A DNA stretch of 62,409 bases from an uncultured Ruminococcus sp. (GTDB lineage Bacteria > Bacillota > Clostridia > Oscillospirales > CAG-272). Made by a program: the position numbers and the translations under genes. Positions 1-9,920 of the stretch are shown piece by piece; the first letter of the stretch is position 1; each line of letters opens with the position of its first letter. The stretch spans positions 82,170 through 144,578 of the forward strand of contig CAYSEF010000001.1 of assembly GCA_964430105.1 (NCBI GenBank), read 5' to 3'. The notes beneath the pieces are model-generated. The model worked only from the letters and a program-made list of their open reading frames with translations, was not told where the DNA came from and did not search any database.

Positions 1-236
1 TTGTCGGGATTTATACTGAGAAGACCTGCACGTCTGCCGGCTTGAGGCTTAATTTCCTTGACCTGAGATATGATGTTCATATCGAGAAGGGCATCGGCGA
101 TCTTGCCAACTGTAACGAGGCTTAGGTCAGTTTTCTCAGAGATAGCTGCTCTGCTGGTCTTTTCAGCATCTGCAATAGAGGTGAAAATAGCCTTAATACT
201 CTCATATTTGATGCTTTTTAGGCTGATGTTGTTCAT
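1..236 (-). CDS. ROK-family transcriptional regulator, N-terminal HTH part (runs off the window start)
   Basis: Manual translation MNNISLKSIKYESIKAIFTSIADAEKTSRAAISEKTDLSLVTVGKIADALLDMNII...AGRRA matches the ROK N-terminal wHTH pattern (SRA.I...T.LS..TV, GRR). RBS AAAGGA upstream. Not in the ORF track. Confidence 0.7.
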   Translation of the reverse strand, partial: MNNISLKSIKYESIKAIFTSIADAEKTSRAAISEKTDLSLVTVGKIADALLDMNIISQVKEIKPQAGRRAGLLSINPD

Positions 237-492
237 TATGATATCCTTTCCGTAAACCAAGTTGGAATATGTTTATGGAAATGCTAAAATTTGCGTTTTG
301 CACAGCACAAAAAATATTATATACTCTGTAATAAATATATTATACACAATTATCTATATATTGTCAATATGCTTTATTAATTTTATTGTAGTGAATACCT
401 AGGAAAACCTTATTTTTAAACTCATGTTAAAAACACCTTTTGCTGATTAAGTCGTGTGTCTAAAATAATGTCGTTTTTTGGGCACTATTCAC

Positions 493-522
493 TTGACAGA
501 TGCACTTAGACGGATGTATAAT
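493..522 (+). promoter_or_regulatory. SigA-type promoter with overlapping imperfect palindrome (possible BlaI-type operator)
   Basis: TTGACA-18bp-TATAAT; TTAGACGGATGTATAA (506-521) is an imperfect palindrome over the -10 box. Confidence 0.6.
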
Positions 523-558
523 ATACTTGAGATTTAAGATTGAGAGGATGATAGTTAT

Positions 559-993
559 ATGGGTGCAATTGAAACTCGTGAGATTATAGAGAATTATCTG
601 AAAAAATCAGAAGAAATCGACTATAGCGTTCGTCTGCCGGAAACGGAGCTTGATGTAATGAAGTCTGTATGGAACCTAAAGCCACCTGTCACTACATCTA
701 TGCTTATGAAGGAAATAGGTGAATCAAGAGGATGGCGCGCTCCTACATTGATATCGTTTTTGAATAGATTGGAAGCACGTGGATTTGTCATTTCATATAA
801 AAACGGTAAGGTACGTTACTATATTCCCGTTGCTGATCGCAGTGAATACATGAGTAAGATAGCACAAGAATTTATCGACAATCATTACAGTGGCTCGCTG
901 ACCGATTTTCTCGATTCACTTTATTGCGAAAGAAACATCGATAATGACATTGATGAGTTGATAAAATGGCTTAAAATGCGTTACAGAGGTTGA
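559..993 (+). CDS. BlaI/MecI/CopY family transcriptional repressor
   Basis: LPETELDVMKSVW...W..PTLISFL.RL...GFV...K.GK.RYY.P, then F....Y.GS...F dimerisation tail. Confidence 0.9.
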   Translation: MGAIETREIIENYLKKSEEIDYSVRLPETELDVMKSVWNLKPPVTTSMLMKEIGESRGWRAPTLISFLNRLEARGFVISYKNGKVRYYIPVADRSEYMSKIAQEFIDNHYSGSLTDFLDSLYCERNIDNDIDELIKWLKMRYRG

Positions 994-1003
994 TAAATAA
1001 ACG

Positions 1004-1750
1004 ATGGAACTTAATAAAGCTCATTTTTATAATGTCATATACAACACAACATTCGACGAGCATGAGAGGTATAATATAGGCACCTACAAAGAAAAAAAGA
1101 TGCACATCATGCTGAAAAAATACTTTGAACCTGACGTGAAGTATCACGAAATACCAACGAACGGATTTGTTGCGGATATTAGAAAAGATGACGTTATAAC
1201 GGAAATTGAAACCTCGGGATTTTCGGGCCTGAAACCAAAATTGAACGCATATCTTCCGGAATTCAAAGTGAATCTCGTGTATCCACTTCCTGCCAAACGC
1301 TATATTTCGTGGATAGATCCGGATACATATGAAATATCTCAAAGAAGGCAATCGCCCAAAAAAGCAAATGCATACGATGCGCTGTTTGAAATGGTGCGTA
1401 TTTTGCCGTATGTAAAGGATAAAAACCTAACGATACTTGCTCCTATGCTTGAAATCGATGAATATAGAATTCTTGATGGTTGGAGTCGTGATCGTAAAAA
1501 AGGTTCTCATCGATATGAACGAGTTCCTACGGAGCTTTATGATATAATAGAGTTCAAAACGGATGATGACTTCAAAAGATGGATTCCGGAGAATTGTTCT
1601 GAAAATTTTACTGTTTCGGAATTTGCAAAAGCAACAAAGCTTGTAGACGGGGATGCTCGTGCTGTGATAAAAGTAATGGAGCAAAGAGGCGTAATTAAAT
1701 TTTTAGGCAAAGAAGGCAGGTCGTTCCGTTATTCCAGGTCTGATTGTTAA
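1004..1750 (+). CDS. Conserved hypothetical protein, putative PD-(D/E)XK-like fold with C-terminal wHTH-like segment
   Basis: IGTYKEK..H..LKKY, FVADI...EIET motif; 248-aa ORF 10 bp after the BlaI-like gene. Confidence 0.55.
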   Translation: MELNKAHFYNVIYNTTFDEHERYNIGTYKEKKMHIMLKKYFEPDVKYHEIPTNGFVADIRKDDVITEIETSGFSGLKPKLNAYLPEFKVNLVYPLPAKRYISWIDPDTYEISQRRQSPKKANAYDALFEMVRILPYVKDKNLTILAPMLEIDEYRILDGWSRDRKKGSHRYERVPTELYDIIEFKTDDDFKRWIPENCSENFTVSEFAKATKLVDGDARAVIKVMEQRGVIKFLGKEGRSFRYSRSDC

Positions 1751-1847
1751 AAGCACATTAAAATTTATAAAAACATATTGAAATTCTACACGTTAATGGT
1801 TATAATATATAATAATGGCAACTTGCCGAAAAGAAAGGACGATAATT

Positions 1848-2570
1848 ATGAAGTATGGTATTCAGATGTTCAGCCTTCGTGACATCACAAGAGATGACCT
1901 CGATGGCGCACTTAAAGCAGTAGCTGATATGGGTTATCAGACTGTTGAATTTGCAGGTTTCTTCGGACACTCTGCTGAAGAAGTAGCAGATATGCTTAAG
2001 AAATACAACCTTGAATGTGCAGGTACTCACTCCGGTCTTGGCGATCTTATCAACGATTTTGAAGGTACTGTAAAGTATCACAAGACTATCGGTAACACAA
2101 AGTATATCATTCCCGCACATGACCTCAGCACAAAGGAAAAGCTCGATGAATTTATTGCTCAGGTAAACGAAATTGCACCTAAGCTTCGTGCCGAAGGAAT
2201 TGAGCTTGGCTTCCACAACCACAACAGCGAATTCAAGCCTAACAATGATGGTATCGTTGTTCATACAGAGCTTGAAAAGAGAGCTGATATTTTCTTTGAA
2301 CTTGATACATACTGGACATTTGTTGCAGGTCTTGACCCGGTTGCTACTCTTGAAAGACTTGGCGCAGACCGTGTAAAGTGCATCCACCTCAAGGATGGCG
2401 ATCCGAATGGTCATGGTTGCTCTCTTGGTCAGGGTGATGCTCCTGTAGCTGCTGTTCGTGCAAAGGCTATCGAAATGGGTATCGAAATCGTTGTTGAAAG
2501 CGAAGGACTTGATCCGACAGGTAAGGAAGAAGTTCAGCGTTGCATCGATTACCTCAAGACTCAGGACTGA
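1848..2570 (+). CDS. Sugar phosphate isomerase/epimerase (IolE/xylose isomerase-like TIM barrel)
   Basis: GIQMFSLRD, VEFAG, FHNH..EF, ELDTYW, IHLKD, VESE motifs; RBS AAAGGA before ATG 1848. Confidence 0.85.
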   Translation: MKYGIQMFSLRDITRDDLDGALKAVADMGYQTVEFAGFFGHSAEEVADMLKKYNLECAGTHSGLGDLINDFEGTVKYHKTIGNTKYIIPAHDLSTKEKLDEFIAQVNEIAPKLRAEGIELGFHNHNSEFKPNNDGIVVHTELEKRADIFFELDTYWTFVAGLDPVATLERLGADRVKCIHLKDGDPNGHGCSLGQGDAPVAAVRAKAIEMGIEIVVESEGLDPTGKEEVQRCIDYLKTQD

Positions 2571-2619
2571 GAATTAAATAATATTAAACTGTGGAAAACG
2601 ATAAGGAGTAGAACGTAAA

Positions 2620-3852
2620 TTGGCGAAGAACAATAACAATTTCAATTTTAATATCCCGATACCGATTATAGTGTTTGCATATATCGCATATTGGCCTCTT
2701 GGTATCGTTCTTACAATACTGCGTGCTGTCTCCAAACCCACAGTTGCTCAAAATAGAAGTACCGAAAACAAAGAAATCCGCGAGACATACAGTAAGTCTT
2801 ACAAAAATCATCAGACACAAGCGAAAAAGCAGAAAAAACGCAGATCATCAACCGGTTTCACTGTATCAATGGTCATTGGTGCATTCAGTGCATTTGTGGC
2901 TTTTGCCGAAACGCTGAACTGGGGATTTGACTTTTCTCTGTTTGTTGAATATGCACTACCGTGGATAATCGCAACTGTTGCTTGTTTTGTCGGTGCAAAG
3001 CTGTTCAAAAATCGCGATACACGACATAATAGAATTCGTTCTATTATCGGAAATCGTGAAAGCATAAACCTGACAAAGCTTGCTACAGCATCTGATGAAA
3101 GCCTTAAAAAGATTCGTAAGGATGTTCAAAAGCTTATCGATATGGGCGAATTCGGTGACTCCGCATACCTTGACCTTGGTACAAATAATTTCATGAGGAC
3201 TCCGTATGCACAGCCTGATGAGCCGGAAGCGTTTGACTACCGTACAGTTTATGGCGATCTTTTGAAAAAGGATAAAAAAGATAAGCGAACTGATAGAAAT
3301 ACAGCGGAAGAACAAGCTGAACCTGAAAAGACAACGGAAAAAGCATCAGATAATGATAATTTCGAGACTATTATCAAAGAGATACGCCGTCTTAATGATG
3401 AAATCAAAGATATTGCGGTGTCTTATCGTATTGATAAGATTGAAGAGCATACAAGAAATATCTTTGATTATGTCACAGATCATCCCGATGCAATGCCTCA
3501 GATACGAACCTTCATGAATTATTACCTCCCAACAACATTAAAACTCCTCGAGTCCTATAGTAGGATCGAACGTGTTGGTGTTGCAGGTGAGAATATGAAA
3601 AAATCGAAGGAAAATATCGAGAATATTCTGGATCTTCTGGTCGTTGGCTTTGAACAACAGGTGGATCAGCTGTTTAAGAACGAATCTATCGATATTTCCA
3701 GCGATATAAGCGTGCTTGAACAAATGATGCAGAAGGATGGACTCAGTGGCAGAACGGATTTTGATATTTCCTCGTCTGCCGAAGCCTATTCTGATGAAAT
3801 TTCGGATAACTTCGTCGGTGGAGCCGCAACTCAAACCGAACCGGAACAATAA
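2620..3852 (+). CDS. Membrane protein with C-terminal XpaC (5-bromo-4-chloroindolyl phosphate hydrolysis) domain
   Basis: N-terminal TM segments; C-terminal IRTFMNYYLPTTLKLL..Y...DISSDISVLEQM signature. Confidence 0.8.
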   Translation: MAKNNNNFNFNIPIPIIVFAYIAYWPLGIVLTILRAVSKPTVAQNRSTENKEIRETYSKSYKNHQTQAKKQKKRRSSTGFTVSMVIGAFSAFVAFAETLNWGFDFSLFVEYALPWIIATVACFVGAKLFKNRDTRHNRIRSIIGNRESINLTKLATASDESLKKIRKDVQKLIDMGEFGDSAYLDLGTNNFMRTPYAQPDEPEAFDYRTVYGDLLKKDKKDKRTDRNTAEEQAEPEKTTEKASDNDNFETIIKEIRRLNDEIKDIAVSYRIDKIEEHTRNIFDYVTDHPDAMPQIRTFMNYYLPTTLKLLESYSRIERVGVAGENMKKSKENIENILDLLVVGFEQQVDQLFKNESIDISSDISVLEQMMQKDGLSGRTDFDISSSAEAYSDEISDNFVGGAATQTEPEQ

Positions 3853-3859
3853 TATATAA

Positions 3860-3910
3860 AAAAACCGTCTGCGATACCGGTGTAATTCCGGTGTCAGGAC
3901 GGTTCTTTTG
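3860..3910 (+). terminator. Intrinsic terminator
   Basis: aaccgtct...gacggtt nested hairpin followed by a T-tract. Confidence 0.65.
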
Positions 3911-4119
3911 TTACAATTGCGTGATAATATTCAATTTGAATTATGAATTTTTTTTTAACATTTTGATATTCACTTGATATTACAGGAAATTTGCTGTATT
4001 ATTATTACAATGGGGTAGAATGGTATTTATTATTGTTTTGTAGTATAAATATGCAGAATTGTATTGATAAATACCGACCACGCTATATCTAAATAAATAA
4101 TTTTTATTATGGAGGATAT

Positions 4120-5598
4120 ATGGAGAAAAAAATGATTGACAGCGGTCTTGATTGTCCTAAGACTGCTGCGGCATTCCGTGAGCTTCTTCTGAAAAATGAA
4201 AAGCCCGGAAAGAACGGCGTACTCAGCGCAAGACAGCGTATCACATCCCTTTTTGATGAAGGTACGTTCACTGAGATTGGCGCTTATACCATGAGAAGAC
4301 TCGGTGAATTCGATACCGATGCATCTTGTGAGCTTGAAAGCGTTATCTGTGGCTATGGTTCTGTACAGGGCGTGCTCGTATATGCGTTCGCACAGGATAT
4401 GAGCCGTACCAAGGGTTCTGTTAGCGAGGCTTCAGCTGCTAAGATCGTTAACATCTATAAGCTCGCAACAGAAAACGGATGCCCGGTAGTTGGCATTTTT
4501 GACAGTGCAGGTGCTTATCTTCCCGAAGGAGTTAAGGCACTCGCAGGTTACGGCAGCATCATGAAGGCTGTTTCTAAGGCTTCCGGTGTTGTTCCTCAGA
4601 TCGCTATTGTTCCCGGTGTTGCACAGGGAGCTGCGGCTGTTATAGCTTCTATGTTTGATTTTGTAGTTGCTACTGATAACTCAAAAATCAGCGTAAATCC
4701 TCCGTTCGTAGTAGGTGGCGGTGAAACTAAGGATTCTGTAGAGTCCGGTGTTGCTTCTGTTACAGCGAAGGATGATCTTGATGCAATCGGTGCAGTACGC
4801 TCTATCCTTGCACTTCTTCCTTCAAATAACGAAGAGGGTATCGTAGAAACAATTTCCGCTGATGAAGTAAACAGACTTGTTGATACCTCCGCATATGCTT
4901 CTTCCGGTGAGATCAAATCTCTCATCACCGCATTTGCAGATGATGCACGTTACGTTGAACTCGGTGGTGAATATGCAAAATCTGTTTCAACAGGCTTTGT
5001 TACAATGAACGGTGTAACCTGCGGTGTTGTTGCAACCGATGCTTCTGTTGAAGAGGGAAGACTTACTTCAAAGGGCGCTCGTAAGGCAGCAAAGTTCCTT
5101 TCATTCTGCGATTGCTTTGGTATCCCGGTTATAACTCTCGTTGATTCCGAAGGTTTTGCAGTTTCCGGTGAAGAAGAAAAGAATCCTTATTGCTCTGAAA
5201 TCGGTAAGCTTGCAGGTGCTTATGCAATGGCTAAGACTCCGCTTATCACACTCGTATGTGGTAAAGCTTATGGTTCCGTGTTCTCTGTACTTGGTTCAAA
5301 GGCAATCGGTGCTGATATCGTTTTTGCACTTGATTCCGCAAAGATTACTTGCATGAGCCCTAAGTCAGCTGTAGCTCTTCTTTGGAACGACCAGATATCT
5401 GCAGACATTACCAGAGAAGATCTCGAAAATAAGTGGACAGAAACCGAAGCAAATGTACTCATGGCAGCTCGTGCAGGTGAAGTTGATGATATCATCGAAT
5501 CCTCAGAGATCCGTCAGAGACTGGCATCCGCTGTAATGATGCTCGCAGGAAAGGCAGTAAAAGCACCAGGACGCCGTCATGCAAATATGCCTCTTTAA
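4120..5598 (+). CDS. mmdA: Acyl-CoA carboxyltransferase (methylmalonyl-CoA decarboxylase alpha-like)
   Basis: SARQRI..LFDEGTF.EIG, KAAKFL.FCD.F.IPVITLVD..GF, C-terminal RRHANMPL; first gene of the decarboxylase operon. Confidence 0.8.
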   Translation: MEKKMIDSGLDCPKTAAAFRELLLKNEKPGKNGVLSARQRITSLFDEGTFTEIGAYTMRRLGEFDTDASCELESVICGYGSVQGVLVYAFAQDMSRTKGSVSEASAAKIVNIYKLATENGCPVVGIFDSAGAYLPEGVKALAGYGSIMKAVSKASGVVPQIAIVPGVAQGAAAVIASMFDFVVATDNSKISVNPPFVVGGGETKDSVESGVASVTAKDDLDAIGAVRSILALLPSNNEEGIVETISADEVNRLVDTSAYASSGEIKSLITAFADDARYVELGGEYAKSVSTGFVTMNGVTCGVVATDASVEEGRLTSKGARKAAKFLSFCDCFGIPVITLVDSEGFAVSGEEEKNPYCSEIGKLAGAYAMAKTPLITLVCGKAYGSVFSVLGSKAIGADIVFALDSAKITCMSPKSAVALLWNDQISADITREDLENKWTETEANVLMAARAGEVDDIIESSEIRQRLASAVMMLAGKAVKAPGRRHANMPL

Positions 5599-5607
5599 TT
5601 AGGGAGG

Positions 5608-6039
5608 TTGAATATGACTTACAACCCGATCTTTTTAACAGCTCTCACATTGGGAGAAAAAGCAGCTCTGTCAGGTGAAATGCTCCTTCGTGGTATGGGT
5701 ACTGTATTCTTGGTACTCGTTATCCTTTGGGGTATCATAGCAGCAATCGGTAAGGTATTTTCTTCCAGCAGCAATAAAAGTGCTTCTAAGGCTGAAAAGA
5801 AACCGACTGCTCCTGCACCGAAAACCGAATCCGCTAATGCGCCTGAAGTAAAGCCTTCCGCACCTGTTGCACCCGCTGCACCTTCTGTACCCGCATCTGA
5901 TGATGCTCTTGTTGCAGCTATCTGCGCGGCTATTGAAGCATATCGTGCAGAAGAAGGTCTTTCCGGTCTTCCTTACCGTGTGGTATCTTTCAAGCGTAGA
6001 TCCGGCAAAAAGAGCTGGACAGGAAACAGCGAGGACTAA
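5608..6039 (+). CDS. oadG: OadG-family decarboxylase gamma/delta subunit
   Basis: GMGTVFLVL TM helix, Ala/Pro linker, LVAAI.AAI..Y, V.SFKR. Confidence 0.85.
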   Translation: MNMTYNPIFLTALTLGEKAALSGEMLLRGMGTVFLVLVILWGIIAAIGKVFSSSSNKSASKAEKKPTAPAPKTESANAPEVKPSAPVAPAAPSVPASDDALVAAICAAIEAYRAEEGLSGLPYRVVSFKRRSGKKSWTGNSED

Positions 6040-6092
6040 TTCCTCGAATATCTGATTTTACTGAATCGATCTAAATTATTTTGGAGGCAAAT

Positions 6093-6488
6093 ATGAAAAA
6101 ATATAACGTAACCGTTAACGGTATGACTTATGAAGTTCTCGTTGAAGAAGCAGGCGTAGTTTCTGCACCTGTAGCATCCGCACCTGTAGCTCCTGTAGCA
6201 GCACCCGCAGTAGCACCTGCCCCCGCAGCAGCACCTGCACCGGCAGCAGCACCTGCACCCAGTGGAGCACAGGGCTCTATTAAGGTAACTGCTCCTATGC
6301 CCGGTACCATTCTCAAGATGAACGTTAAGGTAGGCGATACAATCAAGGCTAACGATCTCGTCTGCATTCTCGAAGCTATGAAGATGGAAAACGAAATTTT
6401 CGCATCCGAAGGCGGTACAGTTAAGTCCATCGACGCACCTCAGGGCGCAAGCGTGAACTCCGGAGACGTAATCATCACTCTCGGTTGA
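6093..6488 (+). CDS. Stand-alone biotin carboxyl carrier protein
   Basis: Ala/Pro linker, APMPG, EAMKM biotinylation motif; RBS GGAGG. Confidence 0.95.
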   Translation: MKKYNVTVNGMTYEVLVEEAGVVSAPVASAPVAPVAAPAVAPAPAAAPAPAAAPAPSGAQGSIKVTAPMPGTILKMNVKVGDTIKANDLVCILEAMKMENEIFASEGGTVKSIDAPQGASVNSGDVIITLG

Positions 6489-6528
6489 TTTTGCTCCAAC
6501 TGAAATTTTACAATAGGAGTGAAAACAA

Positions 6529-7713
6529 GTGTCTTTTTTTACTAATCTATATGAATCAACGGGGCTTCCGATCCTTTTAAGCGATCCGATTCTCCTTGTA
6601 AAAACTTTGATCATGTACGTGATCGTTGGTGCGCTGTTCTATCTTGCTATTGTGCGCAAGTTTGAACCTCTGCTCCTTCTGCCGATTGCATTCGGTATGC
6701 TTCTTGCAAACCTTCCCGGTGCGAACCTTTTCCATATGGATCTCTTCATTCATGAAGATGGCTCGCCAATCAATATTCAGACTATCGTTGAACAGGGTAA
6801 TCTGATTGACTTCTTGTACCTCGGCGTTAAGCTCGGTATATATCCTTCTTTGATATTCCTCGGTGTAGGCGCGATGACAGACTTTACTGCCCTTATCGCT
6901 AACCCGAAGTCACTTCTTATCGGTGCAGCTGCACAGCTCGGCGTATTCGTTGCGTTTATCGGTGCTCTGTTCCTTGGATTTACACCTGAGCAGGCTTCAT
7001 CTATCGGTATTATCGGTGGTGCTGATGGCCCTACGGCTATTCTTGTCACAAAAACATTGGCTCCTGAGCTTCTCGGTGCTATAGCGATTGCTGCGTATAG
7101 CTATATGGCGCTCATTCCGATCATTCAGCCGCCGTTTATGAAGCTTATAACTACCAAGAAGGAACGTGCTATCGTAATGACGAACCTTCGCCCTGTATCT
7201 CACCTCGAAAAGGTAGTATTCCCGATCATCGTAACACTCATCGTTTGTATTATCGTTCCCGATGCTGCTCCGCTTGTAGGCTTCCTCATGCTTGGTAACC
7301 TTCTGAATGTCAGTGGCGTATGTGACCGTCTTTCAAAGACCGCACAGAACGAGCTTATGAACATCGTTACAATTTGTCTTGGTGTTTCTGTTGGTGCTAC
7401 AGCAAATGCTGATAACTTCCTTGCACTTGATACACTCAAGATCATCTTCCTCGGTCTTACTGCGTTCTGCATTTCGACTTGTGGTGGTCTTCTCTTTGCT
7501 AAGTTCATGTGCTGGATCACAAAGGGTAAAATCAACCCGCTTATCGGTTCCGCAGGTGTATCAGCAGTTCCGATGGCAGCGCGTGTAGCTCAGCTTCAGG
7601 GACAGAAGGAGAATCCTTCCAACTTCCTTCTCATGCACGCAATGGGCCCGAACGTAGCCGGCGTTATCGGTTCTGCCGTAGCTGCAGGCGTATTCCTGTC
7701 TTATTTCGGCTAA
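6529..7713 (+). CDS. oadB: Na+-translocating decarboxylase beta subunit
   Basis: FEPLLLLPI, IGIIGGADGPT, GVSAVPMAARV, HAMGPNVAGVIGSA. Confidence 0.95.
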   Translation: MSFFTNLYESTGLPILLSDPILLVKTLIMYVIVGALFYLAIVRKFEPLLLLPIAFGMLLANLPGANLFHMDLFIHEDGSPINIQTIVEQGNLIDFLYLGVKLGIYPSLIFLGVGAMTDFTALIANPKSLLIGAAAQLGVFVAFIGALFLGFTPEQASSIGIIGGADGPTAILVTKTLAPELLGAIAIAAYSYMALIPIIQPPFMKLITTKKERAIVMTNLRPVSHLEKVVFPIIVTLIVCIIVPDAAPLVGFLMLGNLLNVSGVCDRLSKTAQNELMNIVTICLGVSVGATANADNFLALDTLKIIFLGLTAFCISTCGGLLFAKFMCWITKGKINPLIGSAGVSAVPMAARVAQLQGQKENPSNFLLMHAMGPNVAGVIGSAVAAGVFLSYFG

Positions 7714-7829
7714 TATATGTAGTGATTGACAGTGGTTTGACCGGTGTTTTGGGAAATGCACTGCAAAAACTAAAACAACCGGTCTTACCGATGTCATGAG
7801 TTATTTTACGAAAGGAATTATTTAAATAT

Positions 7830-9227
7830 ATGGCAAAAGTAAAAATTACTGAAACCGTTCTGCGTGACTCTCATCAGTCCCTGATTGCCACTCGTATGAC
7901 AACTGAGCAGATGCTTCCTATTCTGGAAGAAATGGACAAAGTAGGCTATTATTCTCTCGAAGCATGGGGCGGTGCAACATTCGATTCATGTATGCGTTTC
8001 CTTAATGAAGATCCGTGGGAAAGACTTCGCAAAATTCGTGCTAAGGTTAAGAATACAAAGCTTCAGATGCTGTTCCGTGGTCAGAATATTCTCGGATATC
8101 GTCACTATGCTGATGACGTTGTAGAATATTTCGTTCAGAAATCTATCGCAAACGGTATCGATATCCTTAGAATTTTCGATGCAATGAACGATGCTCGTAA
8201 CCTCAAGACTGCTATTGATGCAACAAAGAAGGAAGGCGGACACGTTCAGGCTGCTATTAGCTATACTATTAGCCCTGTTCATTCCAGCGAAGCCTTCGCA
8301 AAGTATGCAAAGCAGCTTGAAGAAATGGGTGCTGACTCCATTTGTATCAAGGATATGTCCGGTCTTCTCACACCTTATACCGCTTATGATCTCGTTAAGA
8401 CGATCAAGAGCGAAATCAAGATTCCTGTACAGCTCCATACACACTATACTACAGGTCTTGCATCTATGACTATTCTTAAGGCTATTGAAGCTGGCGTTGA
8501 CATCGTTGATACTGCAATCTCCCCGATGGCTATGGGTACTTCTCAGGCTCCGACAGAAGCTATTGTAGCTACACTTCAGAATACAGAATACGATACAGGT
8601 CTCGATCTTGCTCAGCTTGATAAGATCTGCAAGTATTTCACACCTCTCCGTGAAGAATACCTCGCTTCCGGTCTTCTCGATCCTAAGGTACTCAAGGTTG
8701 ACGTAAACTGTCTCCTTTATCAGGTACCCGGCGGTATGCTTTCCAACCTTGTTTCTCAGCTTAAGCAGCAGGGCAAGAGCGATAAGCTTCCCGAAGTTCT
8801 CGAAGAAGTTCCGAGAGTTCGTGCGGATGCAGGTTATGCTCCTCTCGTAACTCCTACTTCACAGATCGTAGGTACACAGGCCGTTCTTAATGTAATTGCA
8901 GGCGAACGCTATAAGCTCGTTTCTAAGGAATTCAAGGGTATGATCCGTGGCGATTACGGTCAGGCACCTGCTCCTATCAAGCCCGAATTCGTTAAGAAGA
9001 TCATCGGTGACGAAGAACCTATCACTTGTCGTCCGGCTGATAAGCTTGCACCTGAACTCGATTCTCTCCGTGAAAAGGTTAAGCCCTACATGGAACAGGA
9101 GGAAGATGTGCTTTCTTATGCTCTGTTTGAACAGGTTGCGACCAAGTTCTTTGAATACCGTAAGGCTAAGAAGTACGGTCTTGATGCTGATTCCGCAGAT
9201 GCAAAGCTCGGAGTACATTCGGTTTAA
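7830..9227 (+). CDS. oadA: Oxaloacetate decarboxylase alpha / pyruvate carboxyltransferase (no fused biotin domain)
   Basis: LRDSHQSLIATRM, WGGATFD, IKDM, HTH.T.G, VPGGMLSN, PLVTPTSQIVG. Confidence 0.93.
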   Translation: MAKVKITETVLRDSHQSLIATRMTTEQMLPILEEMDKVGYYSLEAWGGATFDSCMRFLNEDPWERLRKIRAKVKNTKLQMLFRGQNILGYRHYADDVVEYFVQKSIANGIDILRIFDAMNDARNLKTAIDATKKEGGHVQAAISYTISPVHSSEAFAKYAKQLEEMGADSICIKDMSGLLTPYTAYDLVKTIKSEIKIPVQLHTHYTTGLASMTILKAIEAGVDIVDTAISPMAMGTSQAPTEAIVATLQNTEYDTGLDLAQLDKICKYFTPLREEYLASGLLDPKVLKVDVNCLLYQVPGGMLSNLVSQLKQQGKSDKLPEVLEEVPRVRADAGYAPLVTPTSQIVGTQAVLNVIAGERYKLVSKEFKGMIRGDYGQAPAPIKPEFVKKIIGDEEPITCRPADKLAPELDSLREKVKPYMEQEEDVLSYALFEQVATKFFEYRKAKKYGLDADSADAKLGVHSV

Positions 9228-9233
9228 TAGACT

Positions 9234-9869
9234 ATGATTTTGGTATGTGATAACGAGATAAACGCACGAACGAAAGCTCTTCACAGAATGTTGTATAAGG
9301 CAGGGTATCCTTGTGCTGAAGTATCTGTTAAAGAGATTGGCGATTTTCTTCCGGCAAAGCTGATTGTTTGCTATTACGAAGCATTCGACAATATTCGTCG
9401 TGGACCTTACGATAATATATTTGCAATAGTCATAGGCAAGGGATTTGTTAATTCTGCGCTTAATGCTGTGCGTGTAGATAATGAAGAAGAAGCTTGCATA
9501 AAAGCAAAAGAATATATTCGTAAGCTGTTTGGAATAGGTGAGAGTGAAACATATGAATTTGGTGTTTTAGTGGACTCATCTGTTTTCATGGCAAAAAAGT
9601 ATATTGAGATATACGGAAATATCATAGAGTTACCTATAAGTGAATATATGATATTTAAGTATTTTCTTGCATTTGCAGGTGAGGGCTATTATTTTACGCC
9701 ACAAAAAATACGTAAATTCTGTTATATACGCACATTGCGAAATGAAGACAATATCGAAGGAAATGTTTCGGTTCATATTCACAATTTGAATCGTGCGATA
9801 ATGAATGTGTATGGTAAGACATTCATTAAAGCGAAACGCTATATCGGTTATTACGCGCTTGAATTATGA
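9234..9869 (+). CDS. Atypical regulator with OmpR-like C-terminal winged helix
   Basis: L...EY.I...F..., NVSVHIHNLNRAI...I...R.IGY; the N-terminus is only weakly receiver-like. Confidence 0.55.
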   Translation: MILVCDNEINARTKALHRMLYKAGYPCAEVSVKEIGDFLPAKLIVCYYEAFDNIRRGPYDNIFAIVIGKGFVNSALNAVRVDNEEEACIKAKEYIRKLFGIGESETYEFGVLVDSSVFMAKKYIEIYGNIIELPISEYMIFKYFLAFAGEGYYFTPQKIRKFCYIRTLRNEDNIEGNVSVHIHNLNRAIMNVYGKTFIKAKRYIGYYALEL

Positions 9870-9875
9870 TAATAG

Positions 9876-9915
9876 AAAAACACCGTTTTCTAATTTGATA
9901 GAAACGGTGTTTTTT
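9876..9915. terminator. Bidirectional terminator
   Basis: AAAAACACCGTTT...AAACGGTGTTTTT between convergent genes. Confidence 0.8.
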
Positions 9916-9920
9916 GTTTT

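Noticed and set aside
6160-6265. GCACCT/GCAGCA repeats
   Set aside because: Ordinary Ala/Pro linker of the biotin carrier protein.
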